Shown here one piece after another: positions 1 to 9,272 of a stretch of DNA of 64,000 nucleotides. The stretch's first letter is position 1, and each line of letters opens with the position of its first letter. A model generated the notes under the pieces. That model did not search any database and was not told the DNA's origin. It saw only the letters and a list, made by a program, of their open reading frames with translations. A program made the translations under genes and the position numbers. Origin of the DNA: Corallococcus soli (GTDB lineage: Bacteria > Myxococcota > Myxococcia > Myxococcales > Myxococcaceae); assembly GCF_014930455.1 (NCBI RefSeq), contig NZ_JAAIYO010000008.1:160367-224366 (forward strand), read 5' to 3'.

Positions 1-678
1 TTGATCCTCAACATCGCCTGCATGTGCCTTCTGGGCATCCTCAGCTACATCATCTTCAACCCCATCCTGGCGGTGCTCGCGACCCTCTTCGGCTTCTTCC
101 TGCCGATGCTGATGGTGAAGCACTACCGCAAGCGCCGGATCAAGAAGTTCAACGTGCAGCTGGTGGACGCGCTCCAGGCCATGGCCAACGCGTTCAAGGC
201 GGGCCTGACGTTCCCCCAGGCCATCGAGCACGTGGCGCGCGAGGCGATGCCGCCCCTGTCGCAGGAGTTCGGCCTCTTCGTGAAGGAAGTGAAGCTGGGC
301 GTCCCCCTGGAGGAGGCCCTGGTGAACATGGGCCGCCGCGTGGGCAGCGACGACCTGGAACTGGTGGTGGTGTCCACCAACATCGCGCGCCAGCTGGGCG
401 GCAACATGGCGGAGATGTTCGAGACCATCTCCACGGTGATCCGCGAGCGCTTCCGCCTGGAGGGCAAGATCGACGCCCTCACGTCACAGGGCAAGCTGCA
501 GGGGTGGATCGTCGCGGCCATGCCGGCGGTGCTCGGCATGGTGCTCAACTACATGCGCCCGGACCTGATGGAGCCGATGTTGGATCACTTCTTCGGCTAC
601 GTCCTGGTGACCATCATCGCCATCATGGAGATCATGGGCATCCTCATCATCCGGCGCATCGTCAACATCGACATCTGA
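1..678 (+). CDS. tadB: Tad/Flp pilus assembly protein TadB-like (type II secretion F-domain), 5' end truncated by the window edge
   Basis: Polytopic membrane protein with a T2SSF-like central region (QAMANAFKAGLTFPQAIEHVAREAMPPLSQEF...). It sits directly upstream of a second T2SSF-domain gene. Confidence 0.75.
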   Translation: MILNIACMCLLGILSYIIFNPILAVLATLFGFFLPMLMVKHYRKRRIKKFNVQLVDALQAMANAFKAGLTFPQAIEHVAREAMPPLSQEFGLFVKEVKLGVPLEEALVNMGRRVGSDDLELVVVSTNIARQLGGNMAEMFETISTVIRERFRLEGKIDALTSQGKLQGWIVAAMPAVLGMVLNYMRPDLMEPMLDHFFGYVLVTIIAIMEIMGILIIRRIVNIDI

Positions 679-691
679 AACGAGGCGTACC

Positions 692-1582
692 GTGCAGGAG
701 ATCCTGACAGCGTTCCTGATCGGCGGCTCGGCGCTGCTCACCGCGGGTGCGGTGGCGTTCCTGGGCGTGGGCCTCTACCACAACGTCTTCGAGCACTTCC
801 TCACGGAGGTCCGCGACGAGTCCGCGGGCGGCGTGAAGGGCGCGGGCTCCGTCGCCATCCGCAAGCTGGGCGCGATGAACCGCCGCTTCATGTGGCCGGG
901 CTACGAGTCCAAGACGCGCCGCAAGCTCATCAAGGCGGGTGAGCCGTCGCAGTACAAGCCCGAGGACATCATGGCGCTGCAGGAAGTCAGCGCCTTCCTG
1001 GCCCTGCTCGCGGGCCTCTTCGTCGTCAACGGCATCGGGATGAACCTGGCCTGGTCGCTGCTGGTGATGCTGCTGGGCCTGTTCTATCCGCTCATCTGGC
1101 TGAACGATCAGGTGAAGCGCCGTCACCTGGCCATCAGCCGCGCACTCCCGTACAACATCGACCTGCTGACGCTGTCGGTGGAAGCGGGCATGGACTTCAC
1201 GGGCGCGCTGGCCAAGGTGGTGGAGAAGGGCCGTCAGGGGCCGCTGCGCGAGGAGCTCCAGCTCGTGCTCAAGCAGCTCAAGATGGGCAAGACGCGTGAA
1301 GAGGGCTTGAAGAGCATGATCGCGCGCGTGGACCTGCCGCCTCTGACGACGTTCGTCACGGCGCTGATCCAGGCGGACAAGATGGGCACCAGCCTGGGCA
1401 AGGTGCTGCGCATCCAGTCCACGCAGATGCGCATCGACCGGACGCAGCGCGCGGAGAAGCTGGCCGGTGAAGCGCCGGTGAAGATGCTCTTCCCGCTCAT
1501 CGCCTGCATCTTCCCGACGGTGTTCATGGTGCTCTTCGGGCCCATCGTGTTCCAGTTCATGTACGGCAACGTCGGGGGCTAG
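692..1582 (+). CDS. tadC: Tad/Flp pilus assembly protein TadC-like (type II secretion F-domain)
   Basis: 296 aa with N- and C-terminal TM segments and a T2SSF-like core (SRALPYNIDLLTLSVEAGMDFTGAL...). Paired with the tadB-like gene. Confidence 0.75.
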   Translation: MQEILTAFLIGGSALLTAGAVAFLGVGLYHNVFEHFLTEVRDESAGGVKGAGSVAIRKLGAMNRRFMWPGYESKTRRKLIKAGEPSQYKPEDIMALQEVSAFLALLAGLFVVNGIGMNLAWSLLVMLLGLFYPLIWLNDQVKRRHLAISRALPYNIDLLTLSVEAGMDFTGALAKVVEKGRQGPLREELQLVLKQLKMGKTREEGLKSMIARVDLPPLTTFVTALIQADKMGTSLGKVLRIQSTQMRIDRTQRAEKLAGEAPVKMLFPLIACIFPTVFMVLFGPIVFQFMYGNVGG

Positions 1583-1655
1583 TCCTCTGCCCATCCTGCT
1601 CACCATCACCCAGGGGCTCCAGGTTGGGAGGGAGCTCGCCTTCGAGCAGGCCGAA

Positions 1656-4600
1656 GTGAAGATCGGCCGCACCTCGGAGAACGATCTGGTGCTGCATGAC
1701 CACGGGGTCTCCCGGCGTCATGCACGCATCACGACGAGGGACGGGCGCTACTTCGCCGAGGACGTGGGCAGTGCCAACGGCACGCAGCTCAACGGCCAGC
1801 CGCTCGGGGGCCAGAAGCAGCTGTGCGACGGGGATCGCATCACCGTCGGGCCGGTGGAGTTCACCTTCGTCTGGGTGCCTCAGGACGAAGAGGCGGACGT
1901 CACCCGGCCCATCCGCAGGGTGCTCGCGCCGCCGCACGCGCAGGTGTCGCCCCAGGGCCTGGAGCAGGCCTCGCTCGCGGCGATAGAGGCCGCGCCCACG
2001 AGCTTCCAGCAGTCGATACCCGCGATGACGCCGCCGTCGTTCCTGCCGACCCCGCGCTCCGACGCCGGGGCTCGAAGCATGGCGACGACCGCGGTGCCGC
2101 TGGTGCCCATGCCCGCGAGGAAGCCGGAGGCCCTGGCGCCTTCGCTGAAGCAGTCCTCCGCGCCGGATGTTCCAGCGGTCGGAGCGCCCGCGCCGGGCCG
2201 CTCCTCCGCGCCGGGTCTTCCATCGGTTGGGGTATCCACGCCGAACAAGGTCGCGCCTCCCGCAGGGGCGACGCCCGCGCAGGGCAGGGCCTCGGGTCCG
2301 GGCCTTCCGTCGGTGGGCGCGACGCCCGCGCAGGGCAGGGCTTCGGGCCCGGGCCTTCCGTCGGTGGGCGCGACGCCTGCGCAGGGCAGGGCTTCGGGTC
2401 CAGGACTTCCGTTGGAAGGGGCGACTCCTGCTCAGGGCAGGGCTTCGGGTCCAGGACTTCCGTTGGTAGGGGCGACTCCTGCTCAGGGCAGGGCTTCGGG
2501 GCCGGGTCTTCCGTCGGTCGGGGCGTCCGCTCCGGACAAGGCGAGCCCTCCTGGGCCTCCCGTGCTTGATGCCGCCGCGCCGAAGAAGGCTGATTCGCGC
2601 CTGCCTGCTGGTGCGCCCGCGCTGAACCGCCCCGCACTCGGTCGCGGCGCCGCGGCGGCGAAGTCACCGGCGCTCCAGCCGAGTTCTGACGCTCCATCGA
2701 TTCCTGCGGGAGCGCCTGCCCCGCGAAAGGACGCGCCGCCCCTCGCTCCCGCTGCCAGTGGCAAGGCGCCCGCGCCAAGGAGCGCGGTGGCGTCGGTGCC
2801 ACTGCTGCCGTCCGTCCCTGCGCTGACGGCTCCCGTGGCGTCCACGTCAGCGCGTGGCGCGCCGGCTTCGGTGCCACTGCTGCCGTCCGTCCCGCCGCTG
2901 ACGGCTCCCGTGGCTCACCCGTCAGCGCGTGGCGCAGTGGCTTCGGTGCCGCTGCTGCCATCCGTGCCGACGTTGACGGCTCCAGCGTCCGAGCGTGGCG
3001 CTCCGGTGCCCGTGGCTCCTGGCCTTCCTGTGCTGTCGCCCCCGGGGTTGATGCCTCCGCCGCCTCCAGTGGCCACTGCCGCCGCTTCGTGGGCCGCGCC
3101 TCCGCCGGGCCTGCCCCTGGTGGACCTGGACGAGCCCGAAGAGCGCACGCTGATGGCGATCTCCACGGTGGCGTCGCCGGAGCCAATTGCTTCGCCACTC
3201 CCAGTGGCCTCCTTCGACCTGGCCTTCCCGGATCCGGACGAGCCCGAGGAGCGCACGCTGATGGCGATCTCCACGGTGGCGTCGCCGGAGCCATTCGCTC
3301 CGCCGCCTCCGGTGGCCTCCGCCGACCTGGCCTTCCTGGATCCAGACGAGCCCGAGGAGCGCACGCTGATGGCGATCTCCACGGTGGCGTCGCCGGAGCC
3401 ATTCGCTCCGCCGCCCCCGGTGGCCTCCTTCGACCTGGCCTTCCCGGATCCGGACGAGCCCGAAGAGCGCACGCTGATGGCGATCCCCGCCGTCCAGGCC
3501 CCGCCCGAACCCCCACCCGGGAACGCCCCTCCGCCGGAAGTCGTCGCGGCGGCGCTCCCTCCGTTGGTGCAGGAAGAGGAGGTCGAGGAGCGGACCGTCC
3601 TCGACCTGCGGCCCATCACGCAGGTCAACCCGCTCGTTCCACGCCCCGTGCTTCATGTCGCGCCCGCGGCGAAGCCCGTCGTCCCCGTTGCCCCCGCGGT
3701 CAGCGAGGAGCCGGCGACCTACGTAGGCAAGGACCAGGCCCTCCCTCCCTCCCCGCCGGATGAGCCCTCCGAGACGAAGACCTTCATCGGACAGGATGGC
3801 CCCGTTCCGCCGCCGCCTCCGATGCCCGATCCGGTGACGTTCGTGGGCAAGGAGCGACGGGACGTCGCGGCGCCCCCGGCGATGCTGGCCGGCGCCTCGC
3901 CGTCAGGAGGCGCAGACCTGCTGGCCCTGCTGAGCCCGGAGGAGAACGACTCCACCCAGTCGCTCCCGCCGCCGGACTCGGAGGCGTCCTTCGTGCAGCC
4001 GGCGCGTTCCGTGACGGTGGTGGCGAAGGTCGAACCCTCGACCGCCGCCGACAGGGCCCGGAGGCGCCGTCAGCTCGCCCGGACGCTGGGGGGCCAGGTC
4101 ATCCTCGCCTGGAACCGCCAGTCCCGGCTCCGCCGCACCGGCTTCGTCTCCCTGGCGTGCGTCGTCGTGCTGGCGACGCTGTTCGGCGTCGTCTCCCTCG
4201 TGTCCCGCAGTTCGCTCGGGCTGCCGGGCCGGGAGCCCTTCAAGCTGGGCCTGGAGACGGTGCCGGACTCGTTCGGCCTGGGGCAGGGCGTCCGTTGGAT
4301 CCACGCGGACGACAAGGTCTTCGACTTCCGCTTCGTGTCGCCCACGCGCGCGGTGGCCGTGCTGCACTACCAGGCCAGCAACATCTCCAAGGACGAGGTC
4401 AACCTGTCGCTCAACGGCGTGTCCCTGGGCTGGGTCCCCCCCGACACGGCCCAGACGCAGGAGCGCGAGCTGGAGCAGGTCATGCCCCCGGGCCTGCTGC
4501 GTCGCAACGAGAACAACCAGGTGCTCTTCGACAACGCCCTCAACCCTCCAGGTCAGGAGAGCTGGCGCATCTGGAACCTCCGGCTGGAGATCATCCCGGT

Positions 4601-4979
4601 GCCGGAGCTGCCGCCGGACCAACTGCTGGCTTCCGCTCGGGAGGCCGTCACGGCGGGTGCCCGGTTCTACGAGCTCAAGGACGTGGGCGGGGAGAACCTC
4701 TTCAGGGCCTGGCAGCAGTACCGCTCCGCGTGGATTACCCTGGAGGCGCTCGACGAAAAGCCGGACCTCTACGGCGAGGTCCGGGAGCGGATCGCCCAGA
4801 TCTCAACGGAGCTGGACCACCGCTGCGGGAAGCTGATGCTGGAATTCCAGCAGGCCGTCCAGTTCCGCAGCCGACGCCAGGCGGTCGCGGCCCTGGCGGA
4901 AGTGCGGAGACGCTTCCCTAGCACCGAGCATCGCTGCCACAATCTGGCCGTGGAAAAAGCCTATGAGCATGAACTCTAG
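1656..4979 (+). CDS. FHA-domain protein (N-terminal FHA, long Pro/Ala-rich repetitive linker, one TM helix, C-terminal periplasmic domain)
   Basis: FHA motif (GRTSENDLVLHDHGVSRRHARI...SANGTQLNG...). Three in-frame tandem repeat arrays. TM helix LACVVVLATLFGVVSLV. Likely GTG start at 1656. Confidence 0.75.
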   Translation: MKIGRTSENDLVLHDHGVSRRHARITTRDGRYFAEDVGSANGTQLNGQPLGGQKQLCDGDRITVGPVEFTFVWVPQDEEADVTRPIRRVLAPPHAQVSPQGLEQASLAAIEAAPTSFQQSIPAMTPPSFLPTPRSDAGARSMATTAVPLVPMPARKPEALAPSLKQSSAPDVPAVGAPAPGRSSAPGLPSVGVSTPNKVAPPAGATPAQGRASGPGLPSVGATPAQGRASGPGLPSVGATPAQGRASGPGLPLEGATPAQGRASGPGLPLVGATPAQGRASGPGLPSVGASAPDKASPPGPPVLDAAAPKKADSRLPAGAPALNRPALGRGAAAAKSPALQPSSDAPSIPAGAPAPRKDAPPLAPAASGKAPAPRSAVASVPLLPSVPALTAPVASTSARGAPASVPLLPSVPPLTAPVAHPSARGAVASVPLLPSVPTLTAPASERGAPVPVAPGLPVLSPPGLMPPPPPVATAAASWAAPPPGLPLVDLDEPEERTLMAISTVASPEPIASPLPVASFDLAFPDPDEPEERTLMAISTVASPEPFAPPPPVASADLAFLDPDEPEERTLMAISTVASPEPFAPPPPVASFDLAFPDPDEPEERTLMAIPAVQAPPEPPPGNAPPPEVVAAALPPLVQEEEVEERTVLDLRPITQVNPLVPRPVLHVAPAAKPVVPVAPAVSEEPATYVGKDQALPPSPPDEPSETKTFIGQDGPVPPPPPMPDPVTFVGKERRDVAAPPAMLAGASPSGGADLLALLSPEENDSTQSLPPPDSEASFVQPARSVTVVAKVEPSTAADRARRRRQLARTLGGQVILAWNRQSRLRRTGFVSLACVVVLATLFGVVSLVSRSSLGLPGREPFKLGLETVPDSFGLGQGVRWIHADDKVFDFRFVSPTRAVAVLHYQASNISKDEVNLSLNGVSLGWVPPDTAQTQERELEQVMPPGLLRRNENNQVLFDNALNPPGQESWRIWNLRLEIIPVPELPPDQLLASAREAVTAGARFYELKDVGGENLFRAWQQYRSAWITLEALDEKPDLYGEVRERIAQISTELDHRCGKLMLEFQQAVQFRSRRQAVAALAEVRRRFPSTEHRCHNLAVEKAYEHEL

Positions 4980-5012
4980 CCTCACGGTTCGTGCCCCCCT
5001 CATCAGGACGCG

Positions 5013-6767
5013 GTGAACACCATGTCGAACGGTCCTCCCCCAGCCCGCCGAAGGCCTGCTTCGGGCACGCCCTCTTCCGGGACCGGACAACGCGCGCCGG
5101 TCCGTCGGTCGACCGCGGGTGCCGCCGCGGTCAAGCCCGCGAAGCTCGTGGTCATCGCCGGTCCCAGCGAGGGCGAGGAGTTCCCGCTCGCCGACACCGA
5201 GTACACGGTGGGCCGCGCGTCCGACAACCCCATCTGCCTCCAGGACACGTCCGTCTCGCGCAAGCACATCACGCTGCGCAAGGAGTCCGCGGGCTGGTTC
5301 GTCAGCGACATGAAGTCGGGCAACGGCACGCTCGTCAACGGCGAGCCCGTCACCGACGAGACGCTGCTGGCCAACGGCGACGTCATCACGATGGGCGACT
5401 CGGAGGTGCGCTACGAGGACACGGCCAACAGCACCGCCAAGGTGCAGGCCCCGTCGAGCCCCCGTCCCCGTCCGGCGGGCTCCGGGAGCCGCTCCTCCGC
5501 GTCGGTCCCCGTGCGTCCCAGCCCCCGGGGTGAGGGCCGGGCGCGCCCGCAGACGTCGCGGGCCTCCGCCGCCGCGGAGCTGACGCCGGAGGTGCAGCGC
5601 AAGCGGATGCGGATGAAGCTGGGCGCCGCGGGCGTGGTGGTGGTGCTCCTCGCCGGCCTGGGCATCGCTCGGGCGCGCATGAAGGCGCAGGAGGAGGTGC
5701 AGATCCGCATCGAGCAGGAGCAGATCGAGTACCGCGCGCAGCTGGGGGGCCTCTTCCAGGAGGCCAAGAACCTGGTGCGTGAAGGCCAGTGGCAGCAGGC
5801 CAAGGTGAAGCTGCAGGAGCTCCAGGAGCGGGCGCCCGAGTACCCCGGCGTGGCCGACTACCTGAGCGCCGCGGAGAAGGAGATCCCCAACCAGGGGCAC
5901 CTGGCCGCGGCGCAGGCGGCCATCACCAAGGGGGAGCTCGCCACGGCGCAGGCGGCGCTCGCCAAGGTGAGCAACGACACGCAGCTCTACGAGCAGGTGA
6001 AGACGGTGCGCCGGGCGCTCGCCGACGCGGCGGACGCGCGCACGAAGGAGGCCAACACGAAGATGGCCACCCGCCAGCTCGAGGACGTGCAGAAGGCCAA
6101 GGCCATCACGGACGACGTGCTCGCGACCTTCCCGGAGCACCGCGACGGCAAGCTCATCAACGAGGAGGCCCAGCGCATCATCGCGGACCTGACCCGTCCG
6201 GGGCCCGTCAAGGTGGTCGTGGCGCCCAAGCCGTGGGAGCCCGCGGTGGACCGCTTCCGCGACGGTGACATCTCCGGCGCGGTGGCCATCCTCAACACCT
6301 GCATGGGCAAGACGCCCCAGTGCAAGCAGATCATGGGGCAGATGACGGAGTTCGGGAACCTCTACAAGAAGCTGGAGGACCTGGACGCCAAGGGCCTGAC
6401 GCGACTGCTGGCGCTCGACAAGGACATCACCGACGGCCGGGGCAGCAAGATGGCGCGCAACGCGGGCACCCGCGCGGCGACGACCTTCTACAAGAGCGCC
6501 GCCGCCGCGAAGGCCTCCGCGCAGTACACGCGCGCGATGGAGTTCGCCCGCCGCGCGCTCCAGGCGGACCCCAACCACGCGGGCGCCGCCAACATCGTCA
6601 GCGACCTGCGGGGCAAGGCGAAGGACCTGTACATGCAGGCCTACTCCATCAAGGACTCCAGCCCGGATGAAGCGCTGCCCCAGTTCAAGGACGTCGTCTC
6701 CATGACGCCGCCCGACGACGAGCTGCACGGCAAGGCCCGGGGCTGGGTGGAGAAGCTGTCGCGATGA
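5013..6767 (+). CDS. FHA-domain protein with one TM helix and a coiled-coil/TPR-like periplasmic C-terminal region
   Basis: FHA motif (VGRASDNPICLQDTSVSRKHITL...KSGNGTLVNGE). TM helix LGAAGVVVVLLAGLGIA. The start is GTG at 5013 or ATG at 5022. Confidence 0.75.
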   Translation: MNTMSNGPPPARRRPASGTPSSGTGQRAPVRRSTAGAAAVKPAKLVVIAGPSEGEEFPLADTEYTVGRASDNPICLQDTSVSRKHITLRKESAGWFVSDMKSGNGTLVNGEPVTDETLLANGDVITMGDSEVRYEDTANSTAKVQAPSSPRPRPAGSGSRSSASVPVRPSPRGEGRARPQTSRASAAAELTPEVQRKRMRMKLGAAGVVVVLLAGLGIARARMKAQEEVQIRIEQEQIEYRAQLGGLFQEAKNLVREGQWQQAKVKLQELQERAPEYPGVADYLSAAEKEIPNQGHLAAAQAAITKGELATAQAALAKVSNDTQLYEQVKTVRRALADAADARTKEANTKMATRQLEDVQKAKAITDDVLATFPEHRDGKLINEEAQRIIADLTRPGPVKVVVAPKPWEPAVDRFRDGDISGAVAILNTCMGKTPQCKQIMGQMTEFGNLYKKLEDLDAKGLTRLLALDKDITDGRGSKMARNAGTRAATTFYKSAAAAKASAQYTRAMEFARRALQADPNHAGAANIVSDLRGKAKDLYMQAYSIKDSSPDEALPQFKDVVSMTPPDDELHGKARGWVEKLSR

Positions 6768-8470
6768 AGAAGCGCAAGGGCGCGGAGCCGCCGCCCCCCG
6801 AGGATCCGGGGCAGGGCGATCTCTTCGGCACGTCGCTCCTGCCGCCCCTGCGTCCTTCCACCACGGTGGCGAAGCTCGCGGCGGAGAAGCCCTCCGCCGC
6901 GCTCCCGCCGAAGGCCGAACCCGCCGCGCCGCCCCCGGCCCCCATCCCGGTGCCGCGCCCGGAGCGCACCGTGCTGACGGTGGGGGAGCTGACCCGCCAG
7001 ATAAAGCAGACGGTGGAGTCGCGCTTCCCGCGCGTCCTGGTGCGCGGCGAGGTGTCCAGCTTCCGGGGCGCCAACGCGCGCGGCCACTGGTACTTCACGC
7101 TCAAGGACGCGGACGCGTCCATCGACGCCAAGGTGTGGGCCTCGATGGCGTCGCGGATCCGCTTCGCGCTGCGCGACGGCATGGAGGTCCTGGCCGAGGG
7201 CAGCGTGGACCTGTACGAGCCGCAGGGGCGCTACAGCCTCATCGTCAGCCGGCTGGAGCCGGTGGGCGAGGGCGCGATGGCGCTCGCGTTCGAGCAGCTC
7301 AAGCAGCGGCTGGCGGCCGAGGGCCTCATCGGCGACCGGCGCGTGCGGCCACCCCGGGCCGTGCCCTTCCTGCCCCGGCGGATCGGCGTCGTCACCAGCC
7401 GCACCGGCGCGGCGCTCCAGGACTTCCTGCGCGTGCTGCACTCGCGCAACCCCCGGCTGGGCGTGCTGCTGGCGGACGCGCGCGTGCAGGGCGAGGGCGC
7501 CGCGGAGGACGTGGCGCGGGCCATTGAGCGGCTGGGCCGCACCGACGTGGACGTCATCGTCGTGACGCGCGGCGGAGGGTCCGTGGAGGACCTCTGGACC
7601 TTCAACGAAGAGCGGGTGGCGCGCGCCATCCACGCCTCGCCGGTGCCGGTGGTGTCCGCCATCGGGCACGAAATCGACTTCACCATCGCGGACTTCGTCG
7701 CGGACCTGCGCTCGCCCACGCCCAGCGCGGCGGCGGAGCGGCTGTCGCCGGTGCTGGCGGACCTGGAGCTGACGCTGGCCACGCAGTCCGGGCGGCTGCG
7801 CCGGGCGTTCGAGCGCCGCGTGCTGGAGCTGCGCGAGCGCCAGGGCCAGCTCGCCGCGCGGCTCACGGATCCACGCCGCGCGGTCAACCAGCAGCGCCTG
7901 CACCTGTCCGAACAGGTGGAGGCGATGATGCGCGTGCTGCGTCCCCAGGCGCGCGAACACCGCGAGCGGCTGCGCGCCCTGCAGGAACGGCTGCAGCGGG
8001 CGCGGCCCCAGACGCGGCTGGGGGAGCAGCGGGCGCACCTGCTCAAGCTCGCCATGCGCCTGTCGGAAGCGGCGCGCGCGGGGGTGTCCCGCCGGCGGGG
8101 CGGGCTCGCGGATGCACGGCTGGGCCTGGAGCGCGCCACGCCCACGGCGCGGGTGGCGGAGGAGCGGGCGCGGGTGGCCCGGGCGCGCTCGCGGCTGCTC
8201 GAGCTCCAGCGCGGGGCGCTGTCCTCCGCCCAGACGCATTTCGGACGCCTGGGCGGGCAGTTGGACGCCCTGAGTCCGCTGAAGGTCATGTCGCGCGGCT
8301 ACGCGGTGACGTTCCGGCAGCGGGACGGCGTCGTGGTGCGTTCCATGGGGGACGTGGTGGTGGGGGACGTGCTGGGCATCAAGCTGGCCGCCCATGGCGC
8401 CCAGACGCTGGGTGGGTGTGAAGAAATCGAAGCCACCGTCACCGGCCTGAAAGGGCCGGTGGACTGCTAG
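6764..8470 (+). CDS. xseA: exodeoxyribonuclease VII large subunit
   Basis: OB-fold and catalytic-core similarity to XseA (LTVGELTRQIKQTVESRFPRVLVRGEVSSFR...HWYFTLKD). The start overlaps the upstream stop (ATGA). Confidence 0.9.
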   Translation: MKKRKGAEPPPPEDPGQGDLFGTSLLPPLRPSTTVAKLAAEKPSAALPPKAEPAAPPPAPIPVPRPERTVLTVGELTRQIKQTVESRFPRVLVRGEVSSFRGANARGHWYFTLKDADASIDAKVWASMASRIRFALRDGMEVLAEGSVDLYEPQGRYSLIVSRLEPVGEGAMALAFEQLKQRLAAEGLIGDRRVRPPRAVPFLPRRIGVVTSRTGAALQDFLRVLHSRNPRLGVLLADARVQGEGAAEDVARAIERLGRTDVDVIVVTRGGGSVEDLWTFNEERVARAIHASPVPVVSAIGHEIDFTIADFVADLRSPTPSAAAERLSPVLADLELTLATQSGRLRRAFERRVLELRERQGQLAARLTDPRRAVNQQRLHLSEQVEAMMRVLRPQAREHRERLRALQERLQRARPQTRLGEQRAHLLKLAMRLSEAARAGVSRRRGGLADARLGLERATPTARVAEERARVARARSRLLELQRGALSSAQTHFGRLGGQLDALSPLKVMSRGYAVTFRQRDGVVVRSMGDVVVGDVLGIKLAAHGAQTLGGCEEIEATVTGLKGPVDC

Positions 8471-8511
8471 CGGGCCACCCTCTACATTCCGCGCCCCGCT
8501 CGGGGAGGTGG

Positions 8512-8850
8512 ATGGCCGTGGCGAAGTCGGAAAAGAACCCGAAGGTGGAGGCCGCCCCCGAGCAGTACGGGGACGTGGTGTCGCGTCTGGAGCAGACGGT
8601 GGCGCGGCTGGAGAGCGGCGAGCTGTCGCTGGAGGACTCGCTCAAGGCGTTCGAGGAGGGCATCCGCCTCGTCCGCCGGGGCGAGAAGCTTCTCACGGAG
8701 GCCGAACAGCGCATCGAACAGTTGCTCGTCGACGAGGACGGCCAGGAGGTCGTCGCGCCGTTGGCGGTCGCGTCGCGCCCCGCTCCCCAGGCTGCTCCCC
8801 GGGCGAGCGGCGCGGCCCGCCCGCCACCGGAGGACGACGTGCCGTTCTAG
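8512..8850 (+). CDS. xseB: exodeoxyribonuclease VII small subunit
   Basis: Typical XseB helical sequence (FEQTVARLESGELSLEDSLKAFEEGIRL). Located downstream of xseA. Confidence 0.9.
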   Translation: MAVAKSEKNPKVEAAPEQYGDVVSRLEQTVARLESGELSLEDSLKAFEEGIRLVRRGEKLLTEAEQRIEQLLVDEDGQEVVAPLAVASRPAPQAAPRASGAARPPPEDDVPF

Positions 8851-8877
8851 GAAACAGGGGAAGGGCGGAGGCCGGGA

Positions 8878-9267
8878 ATGTCGAAGCCGAAAATCACCAT
8901 TGTCGATGACGACCGTGACACGCGCGAGCTGCTCTCCGAGGCCCTGGGCTCGGAAGGCTTCGAGGTGACTTCAGCGGCCAACGGCCTGCGGTTGGTCGCG
9001 TCGCTGGAGCTGCACCGGCCGCACGCCATCCTCCTGGACGTGAACATGTCCTGGATCAACGGCTTCGAGCTGTGTCAGGCCGTGAAGCAGAACAAGCAGT
9101 TCCGGGACATCCCCATCATCTTCATCAGCGGGCGGGGAGACCCGGAGGACAAGCGGCGGGGCATGGAGGTCGGCGCCGCTGACTACTTCGTGAAGCCGCT
9201 GGAACTGGACACGCTCGTCCAACGCATCCGCGAACTCATCCCCACCGACACGGTGCAGGAGCCCTGA
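8878..9267 (+). CDS. single-domain response regulator (receiver domain only)
   Basis: CheY-like receiver with the conserved D12/D13, D56 (LLDVNM) and K (YFVKP) positions. Confidence 0.85.
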   Translation: MSKPKITIVDDDRDTRELLSEALGSEGFEVTSAANGLRLVASLELHRPHAILLDVNMSWINGFELCQAVKQNKQFRDIPIIFISGRGDPEDKRRGMEVGAADYFVKPLELDTLVQRIRELIPTDTVQEP

Positions 9268-9272
9268 AGCCG

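Noticed and set aside
2167-3763. Alternative-frame ORFs inside the FHA gene repeat region (2167..2469, 3089..3763 plus; 2915..3656 minus)
   Set aside because: These are by-products of the tandem repeats being open in other frames. The main frame carries the FHA domain, TM helix and C-terminal domain.
662-8395. Series of long minus-strand ORFs (662..1672, 1900..3516, 4803..6728, 6641..8395)
   Set aside because: Antisense to tadC, the FHA genes and xseA. Their translations are Arg/Ala/Gly/His-rich and featureless.
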